Assembly (NCBI GenBank): GCA_000146045.2
Contig: BK006948.2
Location: 544,001-608,000, forward strand
Reading direction: 5' to 3'
Length of the DNA stretch: 64,000 nucleotides
Origin: TPA_inf: Saccharomyces
Taxonomy: Eukaryota
A model generated the notes under the pieces. The model was given only the letters and a program-made list of their open reading frames with translations. It made no database searches and was not told the DNA's origin. Shown piece by piece: positions 1 through 10,823 of this stretch (position 1 is the first letter of the stretch; the number at the start of each line of letters is the position of its first letter). The position numbers were made by a program, and so were the translations under genes.

Positions 1-145
1 TAGGAGCACGATCTTTTTCTAAATCGAAGAGATCTCTTGTAGACACTTCCACTTCAGACTGGGCGACAATATCGGCAGCGCTTAAAGCGCTAAATTCCAG
101 CCCTTTAATCCTTTTCGGGGTTTCACTTACAACGACTTCCTTCAT
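1..145 (-). CDS. RPO31: RNA polymerase III largest subunit (C160), N-terminal 48 codons only; gene continues beyond window start
   Basis: Reverse-complement of 1..145 translates MKEVVVSETPKRIKGLEFSALSAADIVAQSEVEVSTRDLFDLEKDRAP with ATG at 145..143. This matches the N-terminus of yeast Rpc160 as I recall it and fits the position upstream of divergent RPT5. Confidence 0.85.
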   Translation of the reverse strand, partial: MKEVVVSETPKRIKGLEFSALSAADIVAQSEVEVSTRDLFDLEKDRAP

Positions 146-864
146 CGAATTCTTCGAAATTGCGGGACTCGCTTACAGTTTTGGAGAAAGCAGATAGTAT
201 TGAACACAATAAAGGAACAACTATGTAACCAACCAGTGATGAGTTTAAAAATTTAGTGCAGATGGAAAAGAAAAAAATGATCTAGTATACTGTCTGCAAT
301 CAACAAAAACTCTAGCCACAACAAACTAAGCAATCTTCCCCAAATCAACGATATTGTACGATTAATATATGCAAAGAATAGTAAGGTAAGCTATAGTAAA
401 AGGGCAAGTTTAACCTCTTCTGTTATTTGATCTGGTGATGAGTTCTGCCAGAAGAGCCTGTGCAATAATTTTGCAAAAAAAATGGCAAATTTCGTGAAAC
501 ACGATATTCACGTATATAGTGATGATAATAAGCATGCTATATATCAGTAGTATGTATTTTGCAGCTTCTACTTTCTGCAATGTGATGCCGTTGGCATTGA
601 GATTCCAACGAATATACACAGATGCCTGATTTGTTTGCGATTAGTTACTGTAATAGAGAAAAAAAAATTTAAAAAAGACGAAAGCCCAAAAGAGACGAGT
701 GCAATTAGTGGCTGATACTTTATACTATGTTTAATATATATACCTGGTTTACCTAGTGAGTATGTTCGTAAAAAAATAACGTCAGTAATGGTTGTTGGTC
801 GGCAGCCTTGGCGAATTCCTTTTATTAGCAATGGTTTAATCATGTAGTTACCCGGCCAATATGT

Positions 865-873
865 GGTGGCAAA
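865..873 (+). promoter_or_regulatory. PACE element GGTGGCAAA (Rpn4 binding site) about 160 bp upstream of RPT5 ATG
   Basis: Exact nonamer GGTGGCAAA read in sequence. PACE is the established proteasome-gene promoter element bound by Rpn4. Confidence 0.7.
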
Positions 874-1028
874 AATGAATTAATGTATATTTTACTGAAA
901 AGGACCCCATTAATGAACTCTTGGGTAAAAAGGGCACATCAGGAGTTTGTCTAAAACGTTTATACGAGTGACTTATTTGTGCATTATAGAGGTGAGAACA
1001 AATTGGAAAGTTTTGATTTTAGTTTAAG

Positions 1029-2333
1029 ATGGCCACCTTGGAAGAATTGGATGCTCAAACTTTACCAGGAGACGATGAATTAGATCAAGAGATTTTGAAT
1101 CTTTCGACGCAGGAGCTTCAAACAAGAGCCAAGCTCTTGGACAATGAAATTCGTATTTTTAGATCTGAATTGCAAAGACTGTCCCATGAAAACAACGTTA
1201 TGCTCGAGAAGATTAAGGACAATAAGGAAAAAATCAAGAATAATAGACAGTTACCGTACCTTGTGGCTAACGTTGTCGAGGTCATGGATATGAATGAGAT
1301 TGAAGACAAAGAAAATAGTGAATCTACTACACAAGGTGGTAATGTCAACTTAGATAACACCGCTGTTGGCAAAGCTGCTGTAGTCAAGACTTCTTCTAGA
1401 CAGACTGTTTTCTTGCCCATGGTCGGTTTAGTAGATCCTGATAAACTTAAGCCAAATGACCTGGTAGGTGTGAATAAAGACTCGTATTTGATTTTGGATA
1501 CTTTACCCTCTGAATTTGATTCTCGTGTAAAAGCTATGGAGGTAGATGAAAAACCCACAGAAACTTACTCGGACGTGGGTGGGTTGGATAAACAGATTGA
1601 AGAGCTGGTGGAGGCCATTGTGTTACCTATGAAACGTGCAGATAAATTCAAAGATATGGGAATTAGAGCGCCCAAGGGTGCCCTAATGTACGGGCCTCCG
1701 GGTACAGGTAAAACTTTATTAGCTCGTGCTTGCGCGGCTCAGACGAATGCTACTTTTTTGAAGCTGGCAGCACCTCAATTGGTACAAATGTATATCGGTG
1801 AAGGTGCTAAACTAGTCCGCGATGCTTTTGCACTGGCCAAGGAAAAGGCACCAACTATTATTTTCATTGACGAATTGGATGCCATTGGTACTAAGAGATT
1901 TGATTCTGAAAAATCCGGTGATAGGGAAGTGCAAAGAACCATGCTGGAATTATTGAATCAATTGGATGGCTTTAGCTCCGATGATCGTGTCAAAGTCTTG
2001 GCGGCTACCAATAGAGTTGATGTTTTAGATCCTGCTTTGTTAAGATCAGGAAGATTGGATAGAAAAATTGAATTCCCACTCCCATCCGAAGACTCGAGAG
2101 CTCAAATTTTACAAATTCATTCAAGAAAAATGACCACTGATGATGATATTAACTGGCAAGAACTTGCCAGGTCTACTGATGAGTTTAATGGTGCCCAGTT
2201 AAAGGCGGTAACTGTGGAGGCAGGTATGATTGCCTTAAGGAATGGGCAATCTTCCGTTAAACACGAAGATTTCGTTGAGGGTATAAGTGAAGTTCAAGCA
2301 AGAAAATCGAAATCGGTATCCTTTTATGCATAA
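1029..2333 (+). CDS. RPT5: 26S proteasome regulatory-particle AAA-ATPase subunit
   Basis: 434-aa ORF with N-terminal coiled coil, Walker A GPPGTGKT, Walker B IIFIDELD and AAA second region of homology. Length and sequence match yeast Rpt5/YOR117W. Confidence 0.95.
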
Positions 2334-2856
2334 AAATAATAATATTTTGATTTATCAAGCCGCCATTCACATATCTACATATTAGAACAATCCTTTTATT
2401 TAAAGTCGCGTAACTTCCTTATTATTGATACTGTATATGGCTAATTGTATACTACTTATTATTTGATGAAACCGAAAGCGTAGCAACAGGTATATATTCA
2501 TTGGCGTTTGACTTTTTTTTTTACTGTATTTTTCTTTTTCGTTGGCACTTTCGCAATTTTCAAGGATGCATTGAAGGAAAGAGAAAAGCGTAGGAGAACA
2601 AGACGCATCGACGGCTACGGGTGCTTTGAGTATTTAACTTGCAGAGCTCCATATACAGCACACATCTGTAGATGATTTAGTGACATATTAATAGGCTGCA
2701 GAAAGGGAGTAAAACAGGTAGAAGTAAGATATCGGCACCATTCTACTTTTCATATAACGATTGATTAATCTTACCAAAGCATTAAATTTAAACAGGCTTG
2801 CAGACTGAAGGAGTACTACTAAAGCAACCGGACCAGGTAATATTTGTTGTAGTATT

Positions 2857-4560
2857 ATGGGACAGTCTTCTTCAATCAGTTCCAGTAACGAAGAGGGTTC
2901 TTCCCACTCAAAAAAATTCACAAATAGCAAAGATATTTTGGCATATTTCAATAACAAAGCACAGCAACAGGTCACTATTCCAGAATTAGTCAGTTTTAAG
3001 GGAAATTTGCAAATTGAAGATCTAAACACTCCAATTTCTCACAAAGCTTTATGCAACTCACTTTATTTTCCGCAGAATCATGCCATGATTGTTGGGATAG
3101 TGACTAACATGTTGAGGGTTTTGAGCAACTTCCCATTAATGAAATCATCTTACGAACCAATTACGGGATATGGGTTATTAAAATGCATTTTGTTGTTAAA
3201 CAGGGCACGATGTGCCAAATTCTTGAAAACCAAGTCCTATGATCAACTAAAACTGCTGTTTATCTCTTTATCACTTCAGAAAACTGACAAAGAAGAACTC
3301 TCCGAAGAAAGTGAAAACGACGGAAACAAGGAGTTGACTATAAAACAAATAATAACTGGGTTTGATGATGTTGATACAGAAATGCTGTGCATTCCTGCTG
3401 ATTTTATGCTTCAGTTTTTAACTTGGCTTTTAATTTTAACAGTTGATTGTCCAACCACCAATTCTAAATTGGATAATACAGAGACTCATGATCAATGGGG
3501 CAATTTCAAAGTCTCAGCACTCAATCTCCTTAGAACTATGAATCCAGACGTGGTGGGCGATATAGAATCACATTCCATAACGTTTCAACAATTTTCAACT
3601 GCAATAAGAACTGTAATGCCCAATCTATTAAAACCATTAGAGAATTTAATGGAGCATTTTTTTTATTTGCAGCACGATTTAGTTGATCATGACACAAACT
3701 TATCGTCTATTCAGGATTCTAAAGTTATGACTCCAGCACTGTTGGCACAGTTATCGACGGGACTACCAAAGGAATTATTTATTCATAAGCTACAAAGTTT
3801 ATACATCGGCAGGAAAAGTGGCTTCTCAATGAGGTCTTTGCAAGCAAAGGTGTTCAAATGGATGGCGCCTTCGATTTTAGTTGTTAGCGGAATGAGGATA
3901 ACAAATTCTGAAGAATACGCAGCTGAGAAGAATCCAAGATACCGCCATTTTCTTGAAGAATTTCCTAAATTGAAAGAGTCAGATCAAATGATGGATGCAT
4001 CGCATTTGAATAAAAGGAAAACTACTTTCGCTGTGTACATAGACGATCCGTGGAAAGTAACAAATAAAGATTATTTTGGCGATCTGAATACGAGAATAAT
4101 AGAAATATCACCCAGGCAGGATATTTATAAAGTCAACCAAAAAGGCACGATCTATTTCAATACAATTGGTGGCGGAATTGGAATCGGGGATAAACAACCA
4201 TTAATAAAACCAGCATCCAAGAGATACATACCAGGGAACGTGTCGCTTACTTTTGACAGCACATTAGAATTTGCTGTGTTTAGAAATACTGGTTACGGAG
4301 GTTCATTAGACCCTGGTTTATTGTCGATGGAAAGAAAGGAGGAAAATTCCCCTTATGAATTGCATTTTTTGATTCAAGATGTTGAGGTATGGGGCTGTGG
4401 TGGTGAGAAAGAACTAGAAGAGCAAATCAAACAGTTGGAATGGGAAGAAGCAGAATCTAAAAGAAGACAGCAAATTAACCTGAGAAGCTTGGGAGAAGAC
4501 CGTGCCTTACTGGAAATGGCAGGTTTAGTTGGCCAACATCAAGGTGGCGGTTCAATGTGA
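2857..4560 (+). CDS. RTC5: TLDc-domain protein (restriction of telomere capping 5)
   Basis: 567-aa ORF beginning MGQSSSISSSNEEG, matching YOR118W by length and position between RPT5 and RIO1. Confidence 0.85.
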   Translation: MGQSSSISSSNEEGSSHSKKFTNSKDILAYFNNKAQQQVTIPELVSFKGNLQIEDLNTPISHKALCNSLYFPQNHAMIVGIVTNMLRVLSNFPLMKSSYEPITGYGLLKCILLLNRARCAKFLKTKSYDQLKLLFISLSLQKTDKEELSEESENDGNKELTIKQIITGFDDVDTEMLCIPADFMLQFLTWLLILTVDCPTTNSKLDNTETHDQWGNFKVSALNLLRTMNPDVVGDIESHSITFQQFSTAIRTVMPNLLKPLENLMEHFFYLQHDLVDHDTNLSSIQDSKVMTPALLAQLSTGLPKELFIHKLQSLYIGRKSGFSMRSLQAKVFKWMAPSILVVSGMRITNSEEYAAEKNPRYRHFLEEFPKLKESDQMMDASHLNKRKTTFAVYIDDPWKVTNKDYFGDLNTRIIEISPRQDIYKVNQKGTIYFNTIGGGIGIGDKQPLIKPASKRYIPGNVSLTFDSTLEFAVFRNTGYGGSLDPGLLSMERKEENSPYELHFLIQDVEVWGCGGEKELEEQIKQLEWEEAESKRRQQINLRSLGEDRALLEMAGLVGQHQGGGSM

Positions 4561-4791
4561 TGCCTGCCTTTTTTGCTGTTTTTAGTTATTGGGATTGATT
4601 TCACTAAAAATCAAGACCACTAAATAAGGCTATTGTTTATTTTAATATTTATTGCACTTGTATGAAAAGTACCAAACTTTTGATACTGATATTACACTTT
4701 TAGTCTTGAACTTTCTTCGTTAAATTGCTGACCTACTTTCTGTTCTTCGACTCCAAACAACGATTCCCAAATGTATTTTCACAGGGCCGCA

Positions 4792-6246
4792 TTATTTCTT
4801 TGATTTCGTTTTTTTCACCAATTTTTTCTTGATGTGCTTCTTGACTTTTGTTTTCCTTTTTTCTCTTTTTGCATCTTTAGCTTCCTGCTTGCGCAATTTT
4901 TTTAAATCCTTGTCCTCATGTTTCTTCCCCTTTAAAACTTTTGGTTCATCATCGTCATAGTACTCGCCCTCCTCCTCGTCATCTTCTTCAGATCCGCTTG
5001 AGCCGTCTTCTTCATCATCTGAGAATTCCTCTGTGCCAGAACTACATTCGTGGTCAGCGTTATCAAATTCAAATTGCTCAGAAGCAGCAAAATTGCGTTC
5101 ATTATCATGGGCAATCAAGCTTTTCAGTAAGTCAAACTTACCATCAGTATACCTATCAAAATCTCTTTCCTCTAATCCACCCAATGATCTAACTAAATGC
5201 AGCGATCTGAATATTTCATCTTCTGCCTCATCTTGTTCTGTAGATTTTATTGGTAGATTACTAGCAATGTATGCAACCAAGGCGCTAATATTGTTATAAT
5301 CACCTTTAAATTTCTCCAAAGTTTCTGATATGACAAATTGAAAAATAACCCTTTCAGGGAAAATACTTATACCCATCTTCTCGAAATAAAGGTTAACGTT
5401 TTTGATATCCATCCTTAAAAAATCTAAACTCATTGGATGTTCAGGTTCCACACTTTGGGAAACATCGATCATATATAGTTTATCATCATGAACTATGGTG
5501 TTATACTCTGACAAATCGGCATGAACCAGGCGACAAACTTGGTACAGCAATCTCATATATGCCACCATTGTGTGATAATAATGGAAAATTTCATCACGAT
5601 TCTTGTACGGATAATCTTTTAATTTAGGTGAGGCAAATCCATTACCTCGGCTTAAAAATTCCATAACTAAGACGTTGTTCTTAACTTCTATTGGCTTAGG
5701 AGCTGGAATGACGCCACTTTGATAAATTCTTTTCAGGTTCCTAAATTCCTTTTCAGCCCAAATTTTAATCATTTTCCTTGGATTATGTTGAGATCTGGAA
5801 TTTCTAAATCTAAATTCACCATCAACATATCTTTCACGATCTTTGAAGACTAGGATAGAGGTCTTATAAATCTTAATGGCATATTCTGCACGGGATCCGT
5901 CTGTCTCTAAAACTTCATACTGGCCTGTTTCCTCATCTATTACGGGTGCCTTACCGGTACCTGCAAAAGCGTGGTAAACATTAGCTTCTTTCCCAGTACT
6001 TAAGCAACCGTTCAAATCTGCAATCACACCTCTGGTGACCATAGACTTCAAAAATCTCATAGTTCTCGGATCTAAGACATTTTCCACAGTCGCCCTATTT
6101 GCTTTATCCTTTGATGTTTTCGCTCTGCTGAATGATAATTCATCAGTTTTTATTTTGTGACTATACTTCTCTAAGAGCTGATTATTAATATGGTCCGAGG
6201 CACCTTGCGACACAGACAATGAATCAAATTTATCTTCCAAGGACAT
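4792..6246 (-). CDS. RIO1: RIO-family atypical serine kinase, ribosome biogenesis (20S pre-rRNA processing)
   Basis: 484-aa ORF with RIO kinase core (STGKEANVY, HADLSEYN, IDVSQSV) followed by an acidic then lysine-rich C-terminus. Matches YOR119C. Confidence 0.93.
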   Translation of the reverse strand: MSLEDKFDSLSVSQGASDHINNQLLEKYSHKIKTDELSFSRAKTSKDKANRATVENVLDPRTMRFLKSMVTRGVIADLNGCLSTGKEANVYHAFAGTGKAPVIDEETGQYEVLETDGSRAEYAIKIYKTSILVFKDRERYVDGEFRFRNSRSQHNPRKMIKIWAEKEFRNLKRIYQSGVIPAPKPIEVKNNVLVMEFLSRGNGFASPKLKDYPYKNRDEIFHYYHTMVAYMRLLYQVCRLVHADLSEYNTIVHDDKLYMIDVSQSVEPEHPMSLDFLRMDIKNVNLYFEKMGISIFPERVIFQFVISETLEKFKGDYNNISALVAYIASNLPIKSTEQDEAEDEIFRSLHLVRSLGGLEERDFDRYTDGKFDLLKSLIAHDNERNFAASEQFEFDNADHECSSGTEEFSDDEEDGSSGSEEDDEEEGEYYDDDEPKVLKGKKHEDKDLKKLRKQEAKDAKREKRKTKVKKHIKKKLVKKTKSKK

Positions 6247-7113
6247 GACCTTCTAAAAATAACGGAGTTTGAATCTCTAAATCTGTTTTAACTTCTTTTT
6301 ACTATTATTTTTAGTCTTAGTATCTCATCTCATCTCAATTTCTATATTCCACTATAAAATTTTTCACTCTTTCTGCGCGCGCCAATGTCCCCGCAACTAC
6401 TCAATAGGTAACATGAGAATATTTCAGTTCGTAAGAGAGAAGAGATGAAGTTATTTGGGCTCTTTGCTCGAGGTTACAGAAGGGCCGCATTAGAGTGAAT
6501 GAGCTGATGATATTTCGCCCAGTTCTACATTTTTTTTTTTTTGGAAGTATGACCTCTGTTAAATTTTTTTTTTTTTAAATTTCACTTTCTAAAGTCCCAG
6601 AAATCCGCTTGAATGTCTTACATATTGCAATGGATATGCTTGGGTGATCATACTTCCTGGCTTTAGATATTTGAAACTTAACTCTTGTCAACAAACTTCC
6701 TATGGAGTGTATAAGAATTGTAAGTTATAACACCGGCGAACAATCGGGGCAGACTATTCCGGGGAAGAACAAGGAAGGGCGGTCTTTTCTCCCTCATTGT
6801 CATAGCAAGGTCATTTCGCCTTCTCAGAAAGGGGTAGAATCAATCTAGCACGCAGATTGCAAACACGGCTTAATAATATGCCTATCAGGCATTCACCCGT
6901 GTGACGAATCGCACACCGCTGCTCTCCTTAATTCCCTAGAGTAGAAACCGAGCTTTCAGGAAAAGACTACGGCAGTAAAGAATTGCTTTACTGGGCGTAT
7001 AAAACCGGGAGAATCAAGACATTCTAATGACTTGATTCAGGATGAGAGCTTAATAGGTGCATCTTAGCAAGCTAAAATTTGGACAGCTCTCATTACTAAA
7101 TTAAGATAGAAAA

Positions 7114-8052
7114 ATGCCTGCTACTTTACATGATTCTACGAAAATCCTTTCTCTAAATACTGGAGCCCAAATCCCTCAAATAGGTTTAGGTACGTGGCAG
7201 TCGAAAGAGAACGATGCTTATAAGGCTGTTTTAACCGCTTTGAAAGATGGCTACCGACACATTGATACTGCTGCTATTTACCGTAATGAAGACCAAGTCG
7301 GTCAAGCCATCAAGGATTCAGGTGTTCCTCGGGAAGAAATCTTTGTTACTACAAAGTTATGGTGTACACAACACCACGAACCTGAAGTAGCGCTGGATCA
7401 ATCACTAAAGAGGTTAGGATTGGACTACGTAGACTTATATTTGATGCATTGGCCTGCCAGATTAGATCCAGCCTACATCAAAAATGAAGACATCTTGAGT
7501 GTGCCAACAAAGAAGGATGGTTCTCGTGCAGTGGATATCACCAATTGGAATTTCATCAAAACCTGGGAATTAATGCAGGAACTACCAAAGACTGGTAAAA
7601 CTAAGGCCGTTGGAGTCTCCAACTTTTCTATAAATAACCTGAAAGATCTATTAGCATCTCAAGGTAATAAGCTTACGCCAGCTGCTAACCAAGTCGAAAT
7701 ACATCCATTACTACCTCAAGACGAATTGATTAATTTTTGTAAAAGTAAAGGCATTGTGGTTGAAGCTTATTCTCCGTTAGGTAGTACCGATGCTCCACTA
7801 TTGAAGGAACCGGTTATCCTTGAAATTGCGAAGAAAAATAACGTTCAACCCGGACACGTTGTTATTAGCTGGCACGTCCAAAGAGGTTATGTTGTCTTGC
7901 CAAAATCTGTGAATCCCGATCGAATCAAAACGAACAGGAAAATATTTACTTTGTCTACTGAGGACTTTGAAGCTATCAATAACATATCGAAGGAAAAGGG
8001 CGAAAAAAGGGTTGTACATCCAAATTGGTCTCCTTTCGAAGTATTCAAGTAA
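7114..8052 (+). CDS. GCY1: Aldo-keto reductase (glycerol dehydrogenase / galactose-inducible crystallin-like)
   Basis: 312-aa ORF with the AKR signature (GLGTWQ, DTAAIYRNE, LMHWP, IPKS). Matches YOR120W. Confidence 0.95.
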   Translation: MPATLHDSTKILSLNTGAQIPQIGLGTWQSKENDAYKAVLTALKDGYRHIDTAAIYRNEDQVGQAIKDSGVPREEIFVTTKLWCTQHHEPEVALDQSLKRLGLDYVDLYLMHWPARLDPAYIKNEDILSVPTKKDGSRAVDITNWNFIKTWELMQELPKTGKTKAVGVSNFSINNLKDLLASQGNKLTPAANQVEIHPLLPQDELINFCKSKGIVVEAYSPLGSTDAPLLKEPVILEIAKKNNVQPGHVVISWHVQRGYVVLPKSVNPDRIKTNRKIFTLSTEDFEAINNISKEKGEKRVVHPNWSPFEVFK

Positions 8053-8297
8053 TTGTTTTTGCGTGTTTCTCGTATGATTGTAATATGTAGATAAATTAAA
8101 CATAAGTATATCAAATGTCGATATTCTTAAGACTGTTTCGTAAATATGTTAAATACCGGATGTGACTACATATAAAAAGTGCGCCTTTTACAGTGATAAT
8201 TAGCGTCAATCAATAAAATATTTGTAAAATAGGAAGCGAAATCCCGCAGATGCCAGAATAGGTGGTGTATAAGGCAAGAAAACTTTACCTGCATAAA

Positions 8298-8665
8298 TTA
8301 GTATTGAACACCAATCAAGTAGTCAGCCAATTGCTCGACAATCTTGGTGGCCTCACCGGCTTGTACGGTTGGTGGATAATGAGCAATAATAACGGTTTGC
8401 TTAGTTCTTACACAAACAACACCCTCAGCATCATGTCTACCGTAGATACTTCTATCGTCAGCTCTCAACAACATGAACTTTTGGCCTTGAATATGCAAAC
8501 CATTGCTTTGCAAACCAGCTGGATTGTCGAAGCCTTGAACAATTTCACCAATTTCGTTTGGTTGCAAAGATAGGCCACCAGAAGTAGCCCAAACAGCGTC
8601 ACCTGCTCTCGAGTAGATGACAGCTTTGTCGACTTTACCGGTTCCTATTAAGTTATCAGTGTATG
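8298..8665 (-). CDS. PFY1: Profilin, exon 2 (codons 5-126)
   Basis: Minus-strand translation gives ...[46 protein letters not shown]...LIGVQY. The exon is preceded by a CAG 3' splice site. TACTAAC branchpoint at 8743..8737 (minus). Confidence 0.92.
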
Positions 8666-8874
8666 CTGTTTAAAAGTAGGAGAAAAAAACGGAAAGAAAT
8701 TCATGTTTGAAATTTCATATGTTTTTTGATATTCCAGTTAGTAATTTACTCTGAGTGGTTAATCTTCGAAATTACGCGCATCAACAAAAATCGGGCATTG
8801 CCAAACATTGTCACACAAGCTAACCTCCGACTCATTTCTTTCTTAATCAATTGATAATTGTCTCGTTCACATAC

Positions 8875-8887
8875 CTTGCCAAGACAT
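8875..8887 (-). CDS. PFY1: Profilin, exon 1 (ATGTCTTGGCAAG, M-S-W-Q plus 1 nt), followed by GTATGT 5' splice site; intron 8666..8874 (209 nt)
   Basis: ATG TCT TGG CAA G|GTATGT read on minus strand at 8887..8871. Splicing to 8665 restores [12 protein letters not shown], the profilin N-terminus. Confidence 0.88.
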
Positions 8888-9175
8888 AATTTGCGATCGT
8901 AGTTGGGTTTATGTTGTGTATGTAATTTATCTTTTCTCAAGGATCACACAGTTGTTTTAAGAAGGGAATGAGAAAGGGTCAACTGAGCTTTAAAAAGAAA
9001 AAAAATATTAATGCGGGTAATGAGTTTCGTACAAAGACATTTCATGGCGTGTTCTCGCCAAAAATCATGGTAAAACCTCCCACACAGTAACCTCATACTA
9101 AATACTACAACATGTCATCACTCCATTTCTTTGCGATTGTACATACTAATATATATAAACAAAGTAACGTCTCCT

Positions 9176-10570
9176 CTAATCCTCGTCTTCGTCGTCCTCG
9201 ATGACCGCAACCCTTCTTCTTTTTGTCTCGCTCCTATCTTTTTCTTCTTCTTCCTCTTCTCTGTACATTGCTGCTCCTTCTCTTTTTAAATTTCTTAGAC
9301 GAGAGGCGTTCTCTTCATCCGCGTCCTCTTCTTCTTCTTCTTCCTCATTATCATCCTCTTCGTCGTCAAACGCAGCCTCCTCTTCCTCATCGTCGTCGAC
9401 TAAAAAGTCATCTTCTTCATATTCATTTCTTCTCGAGGCTCCATAGGTAGTGGGTGAATTTTGCTTTCTAAATCCCGTCTCAAAAGCGGCATCTGGGGAT
9501 TCTTGTTTCTCCTTTTCTTTGAGCTGTCTTCTCCTTCTGTCTCTTAAAATCTGGCTTTGCTTTCTCTCTAACTCCTTCTTTTCCACTTCAGGATCCATAC
9601 TTACAATGTATGTTCCAGGACCCTTGCTTTGTCTTTGGTTCCTTCTTATAACAGCTTTACTTAGTTTTTGATGTATTTTTGAATTCGTCGAAGTTGGAAT
9701 AAACATCAACGTCTTTTTTATTTCACCCCCTTCGTAACACTGGATCAACTCTTGTTGGTCATGCGATACTGTCAAAAAAGTGTTGCTCGTATCGTTGACC
9801 AATATATCTGTACACTCTTCACCAACTTTTAGCGAATATGTACCGTCTGACCACTGCACTATTTGTGTATTTGATTCTTTAAAGACATGTTGGTCTTTGT
9901 CACGAGAGTATCTCCATCTAACAGTGTTTTCATCAATCAGGCGGTCGTCCAGTTGATCCTCCCTAGAAGCTGAATTGCTTGCCCTTTCGTTTACTTTGGC
10001 CTCAAAACTTGGAGGGTCGAAAGGAATTGGATCGATAGTTAAAAAGTTGGGAATTCTAGCATAGAAAATTTCGTTGTGAGACGCCGTTTCATTCACATTA
10101 GCTTTACTTGGAATAATATGTCTGACAAGCTCTACATTTTCCTCTTTAAAAGTGTGAGTAGTCTCATCTTGATCAGAAAAGTTATTAGCATCCTCACCAT
10201 AAAATTTTCGGGTGTACATGGCTTGCTCCTCTGCTTCATCATCATCTAACCCGAGACTTTCTCTATGACGACTTCTATGGTTGATATTCTCTCCCTCGTC
10301 GTCTTCATCACTATCACTATCACTTTTTTCAGTCTCCGATTTTTTAACATCATCATCATCATCGTCATCATTGTCATCTCCAAATAAATCATCTAGTTCT
10401 GCGTCTTCTTCTTGTTCCTCTTCTTTAGTATCATCATTTCCATTGACTTCCTTGACATTATCATCTTGAGAGCGGCTTGTTTCCTCATTGCTTGTACTAT
10501 TGGTGGTAACGCCGACGTTATTGCTGATTTGCTCCTTCTGTGGTTGATCCTGTGGGCTTTCAGATGACAT
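9176..10570 (-). CDS. LEO1: Paf1 complex subunit, highly acidic
   Basis: 464-aa ORF with long D/E-rich tracts at both ends. Matches YOR123C. Confidence 0.93.
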   Translation of the reverse strand: MSSESPQDQPQKEQISNNVGVTTNSTSNEETSRSQDDNVKEVNGNDDTKEEEQEEDAELDDLFGDDNDDDDDDDVKKSETEKSDSDSDEDDEGENINHRSRHRESLGLDDDEAEEQAMYTRKFYGEDANNFSDQDETTHTFKEENVELVRHIIPSKANVNETASHNEIFYARIPNFLTIDPIPFDPPSFEAKVNERASNSASREDQLDDRLIDENTVRWRYSRDKDQHVFKESNTQIVQWSDGTYSLKVGEECTDILVNDTSNTFLTVSHDQQELIQCYEGGEIKKTLMFIPTSTNSKIHQKLSKAVIRRNQRQSKGPGTYIVSMDPEVEKKELERKQSQILRDRRRRQLKEKEKQESPDAAFETGFRKQNSPTTYGASRRNEYEEDDFLVDDDEEEEAAFDDEEDDNEEEEEEEDADEENASRLRNLKREGAAMYREEEEEEKDRSETKRRRVAVIEDDEDED

Positions 10571-10823
10571 CTTAATTATAGTCCAGTATATCTAATTGGA
10601 TTACTTTGATTGGACGCACCTAGTTTACGCAACCTATCTACTTAACGACTTTCTTCAGCTTTCGTATTCACTTCTATGAGCTTGTTCTTTTTTTTTTTGT
10701 TTTTTCGTTTTTCTTTACGTAGCAGATAGTCACCCGTAACGATTGAATATGGCAAAGCTTTTTACATAATAATGGTACTTATGGCAATAGTGACATTTTA
10801 CATAAACTCTTCATTGACTAAGA

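Noticed and set aside
410-843. Minus-strand ORFs of 69 and 91 aa in the RPO31-RPT5 intergenic region
   Set aside because: They are AT-rich, low-complexity translations overlapping the PACE/RRPE promoter motifs, with no codon bias.
7798-8114. Minus-strand ORFs of 101 and 75 aa overlapping the 3' end of GCY1 (corresponds to dubious YOR121C)
   Set aside because: Antisense to a verified, codon-biased gene. No independent coding signal.
8262-8573. Plus-strand 103-aa ORF antisense to PFY1 exon 2
   Set aside because: Lies entirely within the profilin coding exon on the opposite strand. A typical shadow ORF.
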